This document shows positions 16,697 through 25,618 of a DNA stretch of 32,000 nt, piece after piece. The position numbers and the translations under genes are program-made. The notes under the pieces are model-generated. The model was not told where the DNA came from, ran no database searches, and was given only the letters and a program-made list of their open reading frames with translations. Every line of letters starts with the position of its first letter. The stretch's first letter is position 1. Source of the DNA: Vulcanisaeta distributa DSM 14429 (GTDB taxonomy: Archaea; Thermoproteota; Thermoprotei; Thermoproteales; Thermocladiaceae); contig NC_014537.1 in the NCBI RefSeq assembly GCF_000148385.1, positions 780,001-812,000 of the forward strand, given 5' to 3'.

Positions 16697-17386
16697 ATGA
16701 GCACGCAGTCATACATTAAATGGCTTGGTCACGCAGCCTTTGAAATAATGCTAAGTGGTAAGAAAATCCTAATCGATCCTTGGATTTCCAACCCACTGTC
16801 GCCTGTGACCCTCAATGAGATAACGAGTGTCGACTACATACTCGTTACTCACGACCACTTTGATCACTTAGGTGAAACCGTCGATATTGCCAAAAAGACC
16901 AATGCAACGGTGGTTGGGGTTTTTGAGCTCGTTAATTACCTTAGTGAACAGGGCGTTAAGAATACCATAGGCATGAATGTAGGAGGTTCCGTAAAGCTAA
17001 CGAGCGAAATAGAGGTTTACGTAACCCCCGCACTACATAGTTCGAGTAGGGGCGTGCCTGTGGGCTTCATAATAAAGGCCCCTGAGGCAACTATATACCA
17101 CGCAGGAGATACTGGGCTATTTAGTGAAATGGACTTACTAGGTAGGTTGTTCAAGATCGATGTGGCCATGCTACCAATAGGTAGCTTATTCACGATGGAT
17201 CCAAGACAAGCCGCCTATGCATTAACGATGTTAAGGCCCAAGGCCGTAATACCAATGCATTATAATACGTTCCCCGATATTAAGCAGGACCCGCAGCAGT
17301 TTAAGGAGCTTGCAGAATCTATGCTACCTGACGTTAAGGTATTTATACTGAAGCCTGGCGAGGTTTTACAATTGCCAATCAAATAA
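16697..17386 (+). CDS. UPF0173-type metal-dependent hydrolase (metallo-beta-lactamase superfamily)
   Basis: KWLGHAAFEI...GKKILIDPWISNPLSP...YILVTHDHFDHLG (HxHxDH), and later YHAGDTG and PMHYNTF. Confidence 0.85.
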   Translation: MSTQSYIKWLGHAAFEIMLSGKKILIDPWISNPLSPVTLNEITSVDYILVTHDHFDHLGETVDIAKKTNATVVGVFELVNYLSEQGVKNTIGMNVGGSVKLTSEIEVYVTPALHSSSRGVPVGFIIKAPEATIYHAGDTGLFSEMDLLGRLFKIDVAMLPIGSLFTMDPRQAAYALTMLRPKAVIPMHYNTFPDIKQDPQQFKELAESMLPDVKVFILKPGEVLQLPIK

Positions 17387-17441
17387 TTAATTACTATTAA
17401 GCCCTTAATATTTAAAATCCCTCAAGCACTTCGTTATTGGT

Positions 17442-18818
17442 ATGGTCAATTTCGACGTAATTGTTGTTGGCGCAGGCACGGCGGGTTCGTATGCATCCTA
17501 CCTACTAGCCAAGGCGGGGCTTAATGTCGCCCTAATAGAGATGAAGAGGAGAGATAAGGTGTTTAAGACAACAGGTGACGCCATCGGCATTCATCATATC
17601 GAGAGGATGGCAATTAAGCCGCCGAGTGACGTATTCATGATTAAGTATGAGGGTGCTGAGCTGTTCAGCCCAGACTTATCGATTAAATACGTGGTGCTTG
17701 GTAGGGGTTTCGGCTTGGACATGGCTAGGTGGGCTCAGTGGTTAATAGGTGAGGCCGAGAGAGCTGGTGCGCATGTTTTCGATAATCATAAGGTTCAGGG
17801 GCCAATAATCGAGAATGGCTTCGTCTCTGGGGTTAGGGTGTTAAAACCTGATGGATCCACTGAGGAGTTTAGGGCTAAGGTCGTCATTGATGCAAGTGGC
17901 GTTGGCGCCGTCGTTAGGAGCAGGTTACCACGTGAGTGGTGGGTTTCTGAGCCATTACTCCCTGAGGACGTCTCAAATGCCTATAGAGAGATTATCCAGG
18001 TTGATTATGATATTGAGAAGCCAGAGTACATAAAGATATACCTCGACACTAACATAGCGCCGGGTGGTTACTGGTGGTTGTTCCCAAAGAGTCGGAATAC
18101 GATGAACATTGGGCTTGGTCTATGGGGTAAGTTAAGTGAGGAGCAGGGGTTGAACCCTAGGCATAACTATGATAGGTACTTGGCCAATAGTCAGTACACG
18201 AGGGGCAGGAGGATAATACATGTGGGTGGTGGTATTGTACCAACGCGCAGGCCGTTACCATCGCTTGTGGCTAATGGATTCCTAGCGGCCGGTGATGCCG
18301 CGGTCACGGTAAACCCAGTACACGGTGGTGGTATAGGCCCCGCCCTGCTCTCGGCAGAGTTGGCTTCGAAGACCGTGATAGAGGCCTTTGAAAAGGGTGA
18401 TTTTTCGGAGAGAGGATTGTGGAGGTACAACATTGAGTATTTAAGGGCTTATGGAATAAAGCAGGCAATGCTCGATGTGTTTAGGCTCATGCTTCAGACG
18501 CTAACTAATGATCAATTAAATAGGGGATTGAGAGCTAGGCTCCTTACCGAGGATGAGGTACTTGAGATATCTGAGAAGGGCTCGTTGGAGCTATCCTTCA
18601 TTGATAAGTTGAAGGTTGGTTTACGCTTAATGAAGGTGCCTGACGTAGCGTCTAAGCTAAGGCTCGCGTTGAGGTACATGAATGAGGTCAAGAGCTTATA
18701 TGAGACCTATCCAGAAGACCCCAGCGGTTTATCAAGTTGGTACAGGAGGTTAGTGAGTATGTACCGTGAATATACGGATAAACTCGGCATCTCATTGAAA
18801 TGGTTAAGCAATGCCTAA
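17442..18818 (+). CDS. Geranylgeranyl reductase family flavoprotein (digeranylgeranylglycerophospholipid reductase-like)
   Basis: [33 protein letters not shown] fold, and [21 protein letters not shown], typical of the GGR family. Confidence 0.85.
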   Translation: MVNFDVIVVGAGTAGSYASYLLAKAGLNVALIEMKRRDKVFKTTGDAIGIHHIERMAIKPPSDVFMIKYEGAELFSPDLSIKYVVLGRGFGLDMARWAQWLIGEAERAGAHVFDNHKVQGPIIENGFVSGVRVLKPDGSTEEFRAKVVIDASGVGAVVRSRLPREWWVSEPLLPEDVSNAYREIIQVDYDIEKPEYIKIYLDTNIAPGGYWWLFPKSRNTMNIGLGLWGKLSEEQGLNPRHNYDRYLANSQYTRGRRIIHVGGGIVPTRRPLPSLVANGFLAAGDAAVTVNPVHGGGIGPALLSAELASKTVIEAFEKGDFSERGLWRYNIEYLRAYGIKQAMLDVFRLMLQTLTNDQLNRGLRARLLTEDEVLEISEKGSLELSFIDKLKVGLRLMKVPDVASKLRLALRYMNEVKSLYETYPEDPSGLSSWYRRLVSMYREYTDKLGISLKWLSNA

Positions 18819-19910
18819 TACCTTGGGTATGTTCTTATCGAAGGGTGGATATATAATTCCCTTCTCCGTTATTAATGCGGTCACGTACTTTGGAGGTGTA
18901 ACATCAAATACAGGGTTGAACACTGGGACACCCTCTGGGGCTATTGGCACACCCCTAATCTTCCTAACCTCATCAGGATCCCTCTCCTCAATCCTTACAT
19001 CCTCAACCCTACTCTTTAAGTCAAAGGTTGATGACGGCGCTATTGCGTAAAATGGTATACCAAGTTCATGGGCGATAACGGCCTCCTTGAAAGTCCCAAT
19101 CTTATTATAAACATGCCCGTCCCTAAGTATCCTATCTGCACCAACCATCACGCTATTGACCATGCCCTTATACATCACATAGCCGACGGCGGTATCCGTT
19201 ATTAACGTGACCGGTATGCCATCCGCCATCAACTCGTAGACAGTTAACCTAGCGCCCTGAAGCCAGGGCCTAGTCTCTGGTGCAATGACTGATACCCTTA
19301 TACCCAATGCGTGGGCAACCCTTACAGGTGCCGTAGCTGTTCCAATGCCTGTACCCGTCGCCAACCCACCGGCATTGCACTGTGTTAGTATGGTATCCCC
19401 ATCACTTATCTTCTCAAGTCCATAAACCCCCATCATTAACTCAGCATTAAACTCCTCATCAAATATTGCCTTAGCCTCTCTCCTTAAGATTTCGACTAAC
19501 TCCTTTACGTTCCTAGCCTCACCATTATTCACTGCATTTCTAGCCCTATTATACATTCTCTCCGTGGCCCAAAACAGATTTTGAGCAGTTGGCCTCGCTG
19601 CATTAAGGACCTCCCTAGCCCTGGCTAACTCCTTAAGAGCCTCGTCTAGCGTTGATGTGTTGCCATGGGCTATGGCTAGGACCATACCGTAGGCCGCCGT
19701 TATGCCTATCGCTGGTGCTCCACGCACGATCATCTGCCTAATTGCGTCAGCGGTTGATACTGGGTCTCTTAACTCTACGTAAACCTCCTCAAAGGGTAAT
19801 TTCCTCTGATCAAGCAGTATGAGCGTGTTGTCCTCATCACGCCAGATTATTGGTCTTAACTTAGGCTTTATTTTATTTTTCAATTCCTCAATATCAATCC
19901 TCATACTCAA
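18804..19910 (-). CDS. mtnA: eIF-2B alpha/beta/delta-family isomerase, MtnA-like (5-methylthioribose-1-phosphate isomerase)
   Basis: [18 protein letters not shown]...[21 protein letters not shown] and the C-terminal ADRI...NKIGT pattern. A ribose-1,5-bisphosphate isomerase paralogue cannot be excluded by eye. Confidence 0.85.
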   Translation of the reverse strand: MSMRIDIEELKNKIKPKLRPIIWRDEDNTLILLDQRKLPFEEVYVELRDPVSTADAIRQMIVRGAPAIGITAAYGMVLAIAHGNTSTLDEALKELARAREVLNAARPTAQNLFWATERMYNRARNAVNNGEARNVKELVEILRREAKAIFDEEFNAELMMGVYGLEKISDGDTILTQCNAGGLATGTGIGTATAPVRVAHALGIRVSVIAPETRPWLQGARLTVYELMADGIPVTLITDTAVGYVMYKGMVNSVMVGADRILRDGHVYNKIGTFKEAVIAHELGIPFYAIAPSSTFDLKSRVEDVRIEERDPDEVRKIRGVPIAPEGVPVFNPVFDVTPPKYVTALITEKGIIYPPFDKNIPKVLGIA

Positions 19911-19953
19911 CTGATAATAATCAACAACTTTTAAGTCTTTTTAGTATAGTCTC

Positions 19954-21420
19954 TTAACTCAGGTACTTCTCACGCAGGTAATTCAGCAGGTATGTTGGGT
20001 TATACGTATCATTAAACGACCTCATCAATAACTCCTTGGGCGGATATATGGCACCGTACTTACAAATCCTGTCCCTAAGGAACTCCTTAATCTCATTAAA
20101 CCTCCTACCCGCGACCTTATCCCTAAGCCCAGGGAGCTTCGCATATATCATCCCAGCAATAACATTACCCAGCGTGTAGGTTGGGAAGTAACCAAAGGAT
20201 CCCTGGGACCAATGAATATCCTGGAGGACACCCTCAGCATCATTCCTAGGTCTAACACCGAGATACTTATCCATAAAGTCATTCCATAATGACGGCAAGT
20301 CAGACACATCAAGTTTACCGGCTATTAACCCCTTCTCAATCTCATAACGAAGCGCTATGTGGAAATTATATGTGACTTCATCCGCATCAACCCTAATTAG
20401 ACTCGGCCTAACAATGTTAAAGTACCTGTAAACGTCCTCCTCACTATAGTCCTTAAGGAATGGCAACCTCTCCCTAAGTAATGGGTATATCAAGTGCACA
20501 AACTCCCTGCTCCTACCAATAATATTCTCCCAAAACCTCGACTGACTCTCATGAACACCCATGGAGACTCCCCGACCCGCTGGTGTCATTTCTAATGAAG
20601 GGTCTATCATGAGCTCATATATTGCATGGCCACTTTCATGTATTACGGAGAACATTGTAGCCCTAAAGTCTTTTCCCTCGTACCTAGTGGTTATCCTGAC
20701 GTCATTAATGGACATACTAGTCGTGAATGGGTGTGCGGACACATCCATACGGAACCTCGTGCCTACGGGCATATCCAGTATCTTAAGTAACTCCTCATTG
20801 ATTGACTTCATGACATTGACATCATAAGGCACCTCCTCGAGTGGGTGCCTGCTTGGGTATTTACCTTCACTCAGTATTTTTTCGAGTATCGACTTTAGAT
20901 TAGGTAGTAATGTATTGAAGACACTATCCGCATCATTTACGGTAAAGCCCTCCTCATACAAATCCAATAGGGCGTTGTACGGGTGACCCTCATAACCGAG
21001 CTTATCAGCAATAATCCTCTCTAACTCCACTATCTTTGACAAGTACGGCTTAAACTTATCAAAATTCGATTCCCGCCTAGCCTCCCTCCAGACCACGGCA
21101 GCCTTCGTTGTTGTCCTATTTAGCTCCTCAATAACCTCTGGAGGTATTGATGTGTAATACTTCAACTCCCTCTTCAAAACCCTAATAACGCCCCTCTCGA
21201 AATCCGTTAAGTCCTTAGCATCCTCATACTTACTAACCAAGTCCTTAAGCCGTAGTAAGTACTCCCTACGTATAAGTGCCAAGTATGCCAATGCCTCACC
21301 ACGCGCAGACGCGGCCTCGACAGGCATGTTAACTTCCAAGTCCCACCCAAGCAGTGAATTTGCGTGATCGATAGCCCACACGAACTTATATTCTTTGAGT
21401 AACTCGTCAATCCTCATCAA
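19954..21420 (-). CDS. M32 carboxypeptidase (carboxypeptidase Taq family)
   Basis: HESGHAIYE (HExxH), HESQSRFWEN and IRVDADEVTYNFHI, all hallmark M32 motifs. Confidence 0.9.
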   Translation of the reverse strand: MMRIDELLKEYKFVWAIDHANSLLGWDLEVNMPVEAASARGEALAYLALIRREYLLRLKDLVSKYEDAKDLTDFERGVIRVLKRELKYYTSIPPEVIEELNRTTTKAAVVWREARRESNFDKFKPYLSKIVELERIIADKLGYEGHPYNALLDLYEEGFTVNDADSVFNTLLPNLKSILEKILSEGKYPSRHPLEEVPYDVNVMKSINEELLKILDMPVGTRFRMDVSAHPFTTSMSINDVRITTRYEGKDFRATMFSVIHESGHAIYELMIDPSLEMTPAGRGVSMGVHESQSRFWENIIGRSREFVHLIYPLLRERLPFLKDYSEEDVYRYFNIVRPSLIRVDADEVTYNFHIALRYEIEKGLIAGKLDVSDLPSLWNDFMDKYLGVRPRNDAEGVLQDIHWSQGSFGYFPTYTLGNVIAGMIYAKLPGLRDKVAGRRFNEIKEFLRDRICKYGAIYPPKELLMRSFNDTYNPTYLLNYLREKYLS

Positions 21421-21442
21421 CCCATTAATCGAGACATTCTAC

Positions 21443-22099
21443 TTAAGCATTTCCTCTATTGCATGAATTAATTAATAGGGAGACAAGGTTATATAATCGA
21501 ATGGCGGTCTTCAACTTATTTAGTGATAAATTGCCAAGCCCCAATTCTTTCCTAACGTCGCTTATTAACGAACCACAATTATCCGCATTAACCCCCAACC
21601 TTTCACACACGCAACTCCAATCATTGCAGCTCATCACAGCGTTCATTATATCCCTGACCTTACCATCGCATGACTTTATGGCCAATGTAAACACGGTGTT
21701 TATTAAATCACCAACCGCTTCATAAAGCACATTTTCAATAACAGTCCTTAACTCATCAATTGTTAAAACAACGGCCTCCTCAAGATTTATCACAGAAACT
21801 CCCAATTCATCAGCCAAGGCCCTACTTGAGTCATTACTGAAGCCCCTGGCTACGATGAGCGGCTTCGCATTTAATACCTTGGCATTAACGTATGCCTGCC
21901 TAATGGCACTCACATCAACCTTACCTGACTTAACCTCAATGGCATACTTATTGCCAGAACTATCCTCAGCCACTATGTCGACTTCACCAACCTCAACCCC
22001 ATTAACCGTGACCTTAACCCTCCTACTAATAACCTTAAGCCCAAGCCTACTCAGTAGCTCAGCCACGTAATCCTCAAACTTAATACCTACATTGGCCAC
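21443..22099 (-). CDS. PD-(D/E)xK (RecB-like / restriction-endonuclease-fold) nuclease with a Cys-rich helical C-terminal domain
   Basis: GEVDIVAEDSSGNKYAIEVKSGKV matches D-x13-E-x-K. The C-terminal 90 aa contain SCDGK...SCNDWSCVCERLGVNADNCG (6 Cys). Confidence 0.65.
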   Translation of the reverse strand: MANVGIKFEDYVAELLSRLGLKVISRRVKVTVNGVEVGEVDIVAEDSSGNKYAIEVKSGKVDVSAIRQAYVNAKVLNAKPLIVARGFSNDSSRALADELGVSVINLEEAVVLTIDELRTVIENVLYEAVGDLINTVFTLAIKSCDGKVRDIMNAVMSCNDWSCVCERLGVNADNCGSLISDVRKELGLGNLSLNKLKTAIRLYNLVSLLINSCNRGNA

Positions 22100-22122
22100 T
22101 GCAATTAACAGCGCGCAAACCC

Positions 22123-22135
22123 TTTAATTAATTTT
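22123..22135. promoter_or_regulatory. Palindromic TATA element (TTTAATTAATTTT, core TTAATTAA) apparently serving both the nuclease mRNA (minus) and the C/D sRNA (plus)
   Basis: Core centre at about 22127.5. That is 28.5 nt from the nuclease start codon (22099) and 25.5 nt from the sRNA C box (22153). Confidence 0.5.
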
Positions 22136-22152
22136 GATACTTATTACTTTTA

Positions 22153-22201
22153 GTGATGATGGTTTGCAGCCCTGAATAATGAAGAAACCGCTGAGGACTG
22201 A
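22153..22201 (+). ncRNA. C/D box sRNA (2'-O-methylation guide)
   Basis: Canonical archaeal layout. C box GTGATGA (22153-22159), 12-nt guide TGGTTTGCAGCC, D' CTGA (22172-22175), 3-nt spacer, C' ATGAAGA (22179-22185), 12-nt guide AACCGCTGAGGA, D CTGA (22198-22201). It lies in a 105-bp intergenic gap with a TATA at the correct distance. Confidence 0.75.
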
Positions 22202-22204
22202 CAA

Positions 22205-23056
22205 TTATAACTTGAGATCCGTTTGCGGGTTTGCCATGGCATTCATTATCAAATTCCTAAGCTTCACGTACTGATTAACCGAATTACTAATAATATTGTT
22301 TATCTCATCCTTCGTGAAGGCGCCCGTGACCTTCTGAATAGCCACAACATTACCACCAGCAATACCCGTTATATAAACGCCATCTGATAAGTCTTCCTCC
22401 TCACGGGTTGGATCAACGAGTAGGAAGTTCCCTATCTTAACGTAGGTTATTGTTAATGGTAACTTATCAGTATTGAGCCTAAGGGGCGACCTAGCGCTTC
22501 TATCTATCTTCAATATATTACCTGCAGGGTCAAGCTCCACCTTCGGCAGTGCCGTATTCATTAATGCGGCCACGGCAGCTATTGTTGATGCATCCACAAG
22601 GTTACCATCGTGGTTAAGCACGTATATGTCAACCCATAGGAACCAGGCATGCTTGCCCGTGACTATCGATAATGACTTAAAGTCGAGAAAGCCACTATGC
22701 CTTATCGCCCTATCTACAACCCTGGCTATCTCAATGGCATTCTCATCAGGTGGCCCCGGCTCAATATCTGGGGATGCGGTTGGCGCTATTTCTAAGTTCA
22801 CGATTAGTGCGCCTTCATCTGGTGTGTCTTCAAAGGGCTTCCCAACCTCAACCTTAACGCCAGCCATTACCTTGGTATTGCCGAGGGATACCAGGGAACT
22901 ACCATCAGCCGTTTTCACCACGTTAACCCTAATGCTTAGTTCTCTATAATCATTCAACCCCCTATTATCAATCCTAACCCCCTGCTCAATCATTTTCTTC
23001 ATAACGTCCTGCTTAAGCTTTGGAATAACGCCTCTTTCCTGGGTTACGCTCAGCAT
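22205..23056 (-). CDS. rrp42: Exosome complex component Rrp42 (RNase PH-like, inactive subunit)
   Basis: RIDNRGLNDYRELSIRVNVVKTADGSSLVSLGNTKVMAGVKVEVGKPFEDTPDEGALIVNLE, typical of Rrp42. Its own TATA (cttttaac) lies about 27 nt upstream of ATG 23056. Confidence 0.9.
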   Translation of the reverse strand: MLSVTQERGVIPKLKQDVMKKMIEQGVRIDNRGLNDYRELSIRVNVVKTADGSSLVSLGNTKVMAGVKVEVGKPFEDTPDEGALIVNLEIAPTASPDIEPGPPDENAIEIARVVDRAIRHSGFLDFKSLSIVTGKHAWFLWVDIYVLNHDGNLVDASTIAAVAALMNTALPKVELDPAGNILKIDRSARSPLRLNTDKLPLTITYVKIGNFLLVDPTREEEDLSDGVYITGIAGGNVVAIQKVTGAFTKDEINNIISNSVNQYVKLRNLIMNAMANPQTDLKL

Positions 23057-23121
23057 TTAGAGGACTATTGCTTAAGCCCTTTTAACTTTATTTGCCATAG
23101 CAATTAATAGTAAGTTTGAGG

Positions 23122-23862
23122 TTATACAATGAGTGACATCGACGGTTCAACATACCTACTCTTAAGCGTCTCCTTCTCCAACCTATATATCTGCTCAGCA
23201 GCCTTAAAGGCTAAATCAAGCGCCTGGTTAACCTCAGTCGGCGTCCACTCACCATCAGCCTGCATTAACGTTATTAATCCACGGCCATACATTATGGCCA
23301 AGGGCATGTCGCCCTCACCGTACTGATCCTCAAGCTGGTTAAGGTCAACGACTATAGTCCCAGAAACCTTACCTATTGAAACGCCAACAAGTAGGTCCCT
23401 CATTGGTATACCTGCGTCTGCCAACGCCAATGAGGCGGCCGTTATACCCGTGACCCTAGTACTACCATCAGCTTGGAGAACCTCAATGTAAACATCAATC
23501 GTGGTTCTCGGAAACCTCTCGAGTATGACCACAGGCTCCAGTGCCGTTCTAATTACCTTGGAAATCTCAATCTCCCTCCTGGATGGTGTCGGGCTCTTCC
23601 TACCCTCAGATGTGCTGAATGGGGCCATGTGATACCTAACCCTAAGTATGGCCTTGTCTGGCAATTCAAGGTGCTTCTGTGGTACCTCCCTCGGTCCATA
23701 AACCGCAGCAAGTATTACGGTATTGCCATAGGCAACCAATGCACTACCCTCAGCATTCTTAATCACGCCAACCTCCATCCTAACAGGCCTGTGCTCATTC
23801 GGCAATCTACCATCACTCCTCTTACCATTAACGAGCAACGGCACTGGAGGTTGCTTACCCAT
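23122..23862 (-). CDS. rrp41: Exosome complex exonuclease Rrp41 (RNase PH-like catalytic subunit)
   Basis: [50 protein letters not shown] 23862 is chosen because the TATA cttttatac (23884-23892 on the minus strand) lies about 26 nt upstream. The track's extension to 23895 would run into that TATA. Confidence 0.9.
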   Translation of the reverse strand: MGKQPPVPLLVNGKRSDGRLPNEHRPVRMEVGVIKNAEGSALVAYGNTVILAAVYGPREVPQKHLELPDKAILRVRYHMAPFSTSEGRKSPTPSRREIEISKVIRTALEPVVILERFPRTTIDVYIEVLQADGSTRVTGITAASLALADAGIPMRDLLVGVSIGKVSGTIVVDLNQLEDQYGEGDMPLAIMYGRGLITLMQADGEWTPTEVNQALDLAFKAAEQIYRLEKETLKSRYVEPSMSLIV

Positions 23863-23926
23863 TATGTCGATTATTAAATTTTGGTATAAAAGCATTTTTA
23901 AGGGTGGGCTTCTTTAGCTACTTAGT

Positions 23927-24394
23927 ATGGTCACGATTAGGGAGGCTCGGGAAAGCGACGTGGATGCACTGGTTGATCTTGTTGTCAGGTTAAAAAGGCT
24001 CAATAGTGAGTTTGACCCGTTATTTAGTGCTAGGAATGACTGTGCAGAGCGCGCCAGGGAGTACTTAATTAATGCATTGCGTGATAATAAGAATCACCTA
24101 GTACTTGTTGCTGAGGATATGGGGAAAATAGTCGGTGTGTTGAAGGCGGATATTAGGGAGCGACTATTCTACTCACCAAGTATCGAGGGCGCCATTGTGG
24201 ACTTCTACGTGATGCCTGAGTACAGACGTAAGGGGTTGGGTAGGATGATGCTCGAGAGAGCTATAGCAATGCTCCGTGAGAGGGGTGCTCAGTTAATAAC
24301 GGCTGAGTTCCCGACTCAGAATCAAATAGCCGTGAATTTCTACAATAAGATGGGGTTCAGGTCGCTCGTAAGTATTTACGCTAGGGAAACCTAA
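23927..24394 (+). CDS. GNAT-family N-acetyltransferase
   Basis: Acetyl-CoA-binding motif VMPEYRRKGLGRMMLERAI (R/Q-x-x-G-x-G/A), and a C-terminal NQIAVNFYNKMGF. Confidence 0.85.
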   Translation: MVTIREARESDVDALVDLVVRLKRLNSEFDPLFSARNDCAERAREYLINALRDNKNHLVLVAEDMGKIVGVLKADIRERLFYSPSIEGAIVDFYVMPEYRRKGLGRMMLERAIAMLRERGAQLITAEFPTQNQIAVNFYNKMGFRSLVSIYARET

Positions 24395-24395
24395 T

Positions 24396-25481
24396 CTAAG
24401 GTAGGTCAAAAACCCTCGCAATCCAATCACCCATTTTATTACCAACCATCACGTAAACCTTTATCCTGGGGCATTCATCCACTATGACTATGGGCACAAT
24501 AATAATACTAAACATTAGGTTATTGGCTTTGATTACTTTCGTTGCCATGGGTTCAAGCTTATCCACGGTTTCCCTAGCCCTAGGCGCATAATTATTATTG
24601 GTGGTTATGATATCGCCTACTAACGCGCCAATGGGTTTACCACCCTGAATTATCAATGCATAGTCATTGCTCGGTTGAGTATTGATTAGGCTTAGGTTTA
24701 TCGTAATGTCAACATCGCTGAGAAGGCTCATTAGGTGGAAACCCTTGTTACTCACTAAGTAATTGAATATTGTGACTATCTGATTTAATACGCAGCCCTT
24801 AGGTAAGTCGATTACAGCAAAGCAACCGCCACTCCTCAGGTAATTACCCAAGGCCTTTGAATATTGAAGGCATTTAAACTCATCACTACCCGTTATAATT
24901 TCCAGTAAATTGCTCGTGTAATTGATCTCATCCCTCCTCGTGAGGCCCAGGAGCTTTATCGCCTCATTTATCGGTAATCCCTCAGCTAACCTCTCAATGA
25001 CCTCCTTCAGTACGCAATTCCTAATGGCTATCTTATACAATAAATTAGGTAATTCCTGACCACCATTAATCACTGCCTTACCCAATTCCTCGGCCTCTCT
25101 CGTTAATTTACCCTGCTTCCAAAGACCCAATGCAGATAGTGTTGGTATGATAACCCTATAATTCGATCTACTAAGTCCGTGGGAGTCCAAGTACTTCATT
25201 ATGCCCTCCATGTCATCACCCTGCCTATTCCTTATAAGGAACGCGATTATGTCCAGTAGCTTGGCGACTGGTAATCTAATGTACCAGCCCCTTAGGGTAC
25301 ATGGGCTTGACTTAAGGGTATCATCGTTCTCCCTAATTGTTAGTAAATCCCTAACCTCGGTACTTAATGAATTTATGAGTTCATTAATGGACTTGGCCTT
25401 AAGAATACGCGTCACTCCGTCACCTTCAATAATCACTTGATACTCATCACTCTCCTGAATGATCTTAATGCTTAAATCCAC
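24396..25481 (-). CDS. Hypothetical 361-aa protein with winged-helix-like segments and an unassigned C-terminal alpha/beta domain
   Basis: GTG start about 25 nt downstream of the tatttaaa TATA (25503-25510). wH-like stretch VAKLLDIIAFLIRNRQGDDMEGIMKYLDSHGLSRSNYRVIIPTLSALGLWKQGKLT, and a second HTH-like VLKEVIERLAEGLPINEAIKLLGLTRRD. No family recognised. Confidence 0.65.
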   Translation of the reverse strand: MDLSIKIIQESDEYQVIIEGDGVTRILKAKSINELINSLSTEVRDLLTIRENDDTLKSSPCTLRGWYIRLPVAKLLDIIAFLIRNRQGDDMEGIMKYLDSHGLSRSNYRVIIPTLSALGLWKQGKLTREAEELGKAVINGGQELPNLLYKIAIRNCVLKEVIERLAEGLPINEAIKLLGLTRRDEINYTSNLLEIITGSDEFKCLQYSKALGNYLRSGGCFAVIDLPKGCVLNQIVTIFNYLVSNKGFHLMSLLSDVDITINLSLINTQPSNDYALIIQGGKPIGALVGDIITTNNNYAPRARETVDKLEPMATKVIKANNLMFSIIIVPIVIVDECPRIKVYVMVGNKMGDWIARVFDLP

Positions 25482-25557
25482 AGCCTATCAATGTCTCGCC
25501 ACTATTTAAAGCACTCATTCTAACCATAGCTGTAATATCCGCTGCCATATCAGCATG

Positions 25558-25578
25558 TCACAGTACCTGTTACTGTGA
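25558..25578. promoter_or_regulatory. Perfect 8-bp inverted repeat TCACAGTA-N5-TACTGTGA just upstream of the GT2 gene's BRE/TATA
   Basis: Read directly from the sequence. It ends 10 nt before the TATA cttttaat (25588-25595), which is itself about 27 nt upstream of ATG 25619. It lies in the 137-bp divergent spacer. Confidence 0.45.
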
Positions 25579-25618
25579 GTAAAAATGCTTTTAATGCCTG
25601 AGTTTAGATATTCGTAGT

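Noticed and set aside
22473-22949. Long antisense ORFs opposite well-supported genes: this one opposite rrp42, and also 7703-8161, 15136-15552, 23473-23877, 3024-3410, 1222-1563, 1674-1994, 13295-13636, 14627-14953, 27936-28247 and 16266-16535
   Set aside because: Each is fully nested in or overlaps a gene with strong family motifs on the other strand. Their translations are Ser/Leu/Thr/Pro-rich with no motifs. They are typical shadow ORFs created by codon bias.
23863-23895. N-terminal extensions offered by the ORF track: Rrp41 to 23895, S25e to 14513, the membrane protein from 3668, AMMECR1 to 5871, and the tbp-downstream ORF from 15191
   Set aside because: In each case a downstream ATG sits about 25-28 nt from a TATA-like element (or right after the upstream stop). 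The extension would run through that TATA or add non-conserved residues. The shorter starts are preferred but unproven.
24836-24886. Minus-strand GTGATGA ... CTGA with 40-nt spacing inside the 361-aa ORF
   Set aside because: It lies entirely within coding sequence (…SDEFKCLQYSKALGNYLR…), has no C'/D' boxes and has no promoter. Judged coincidental.
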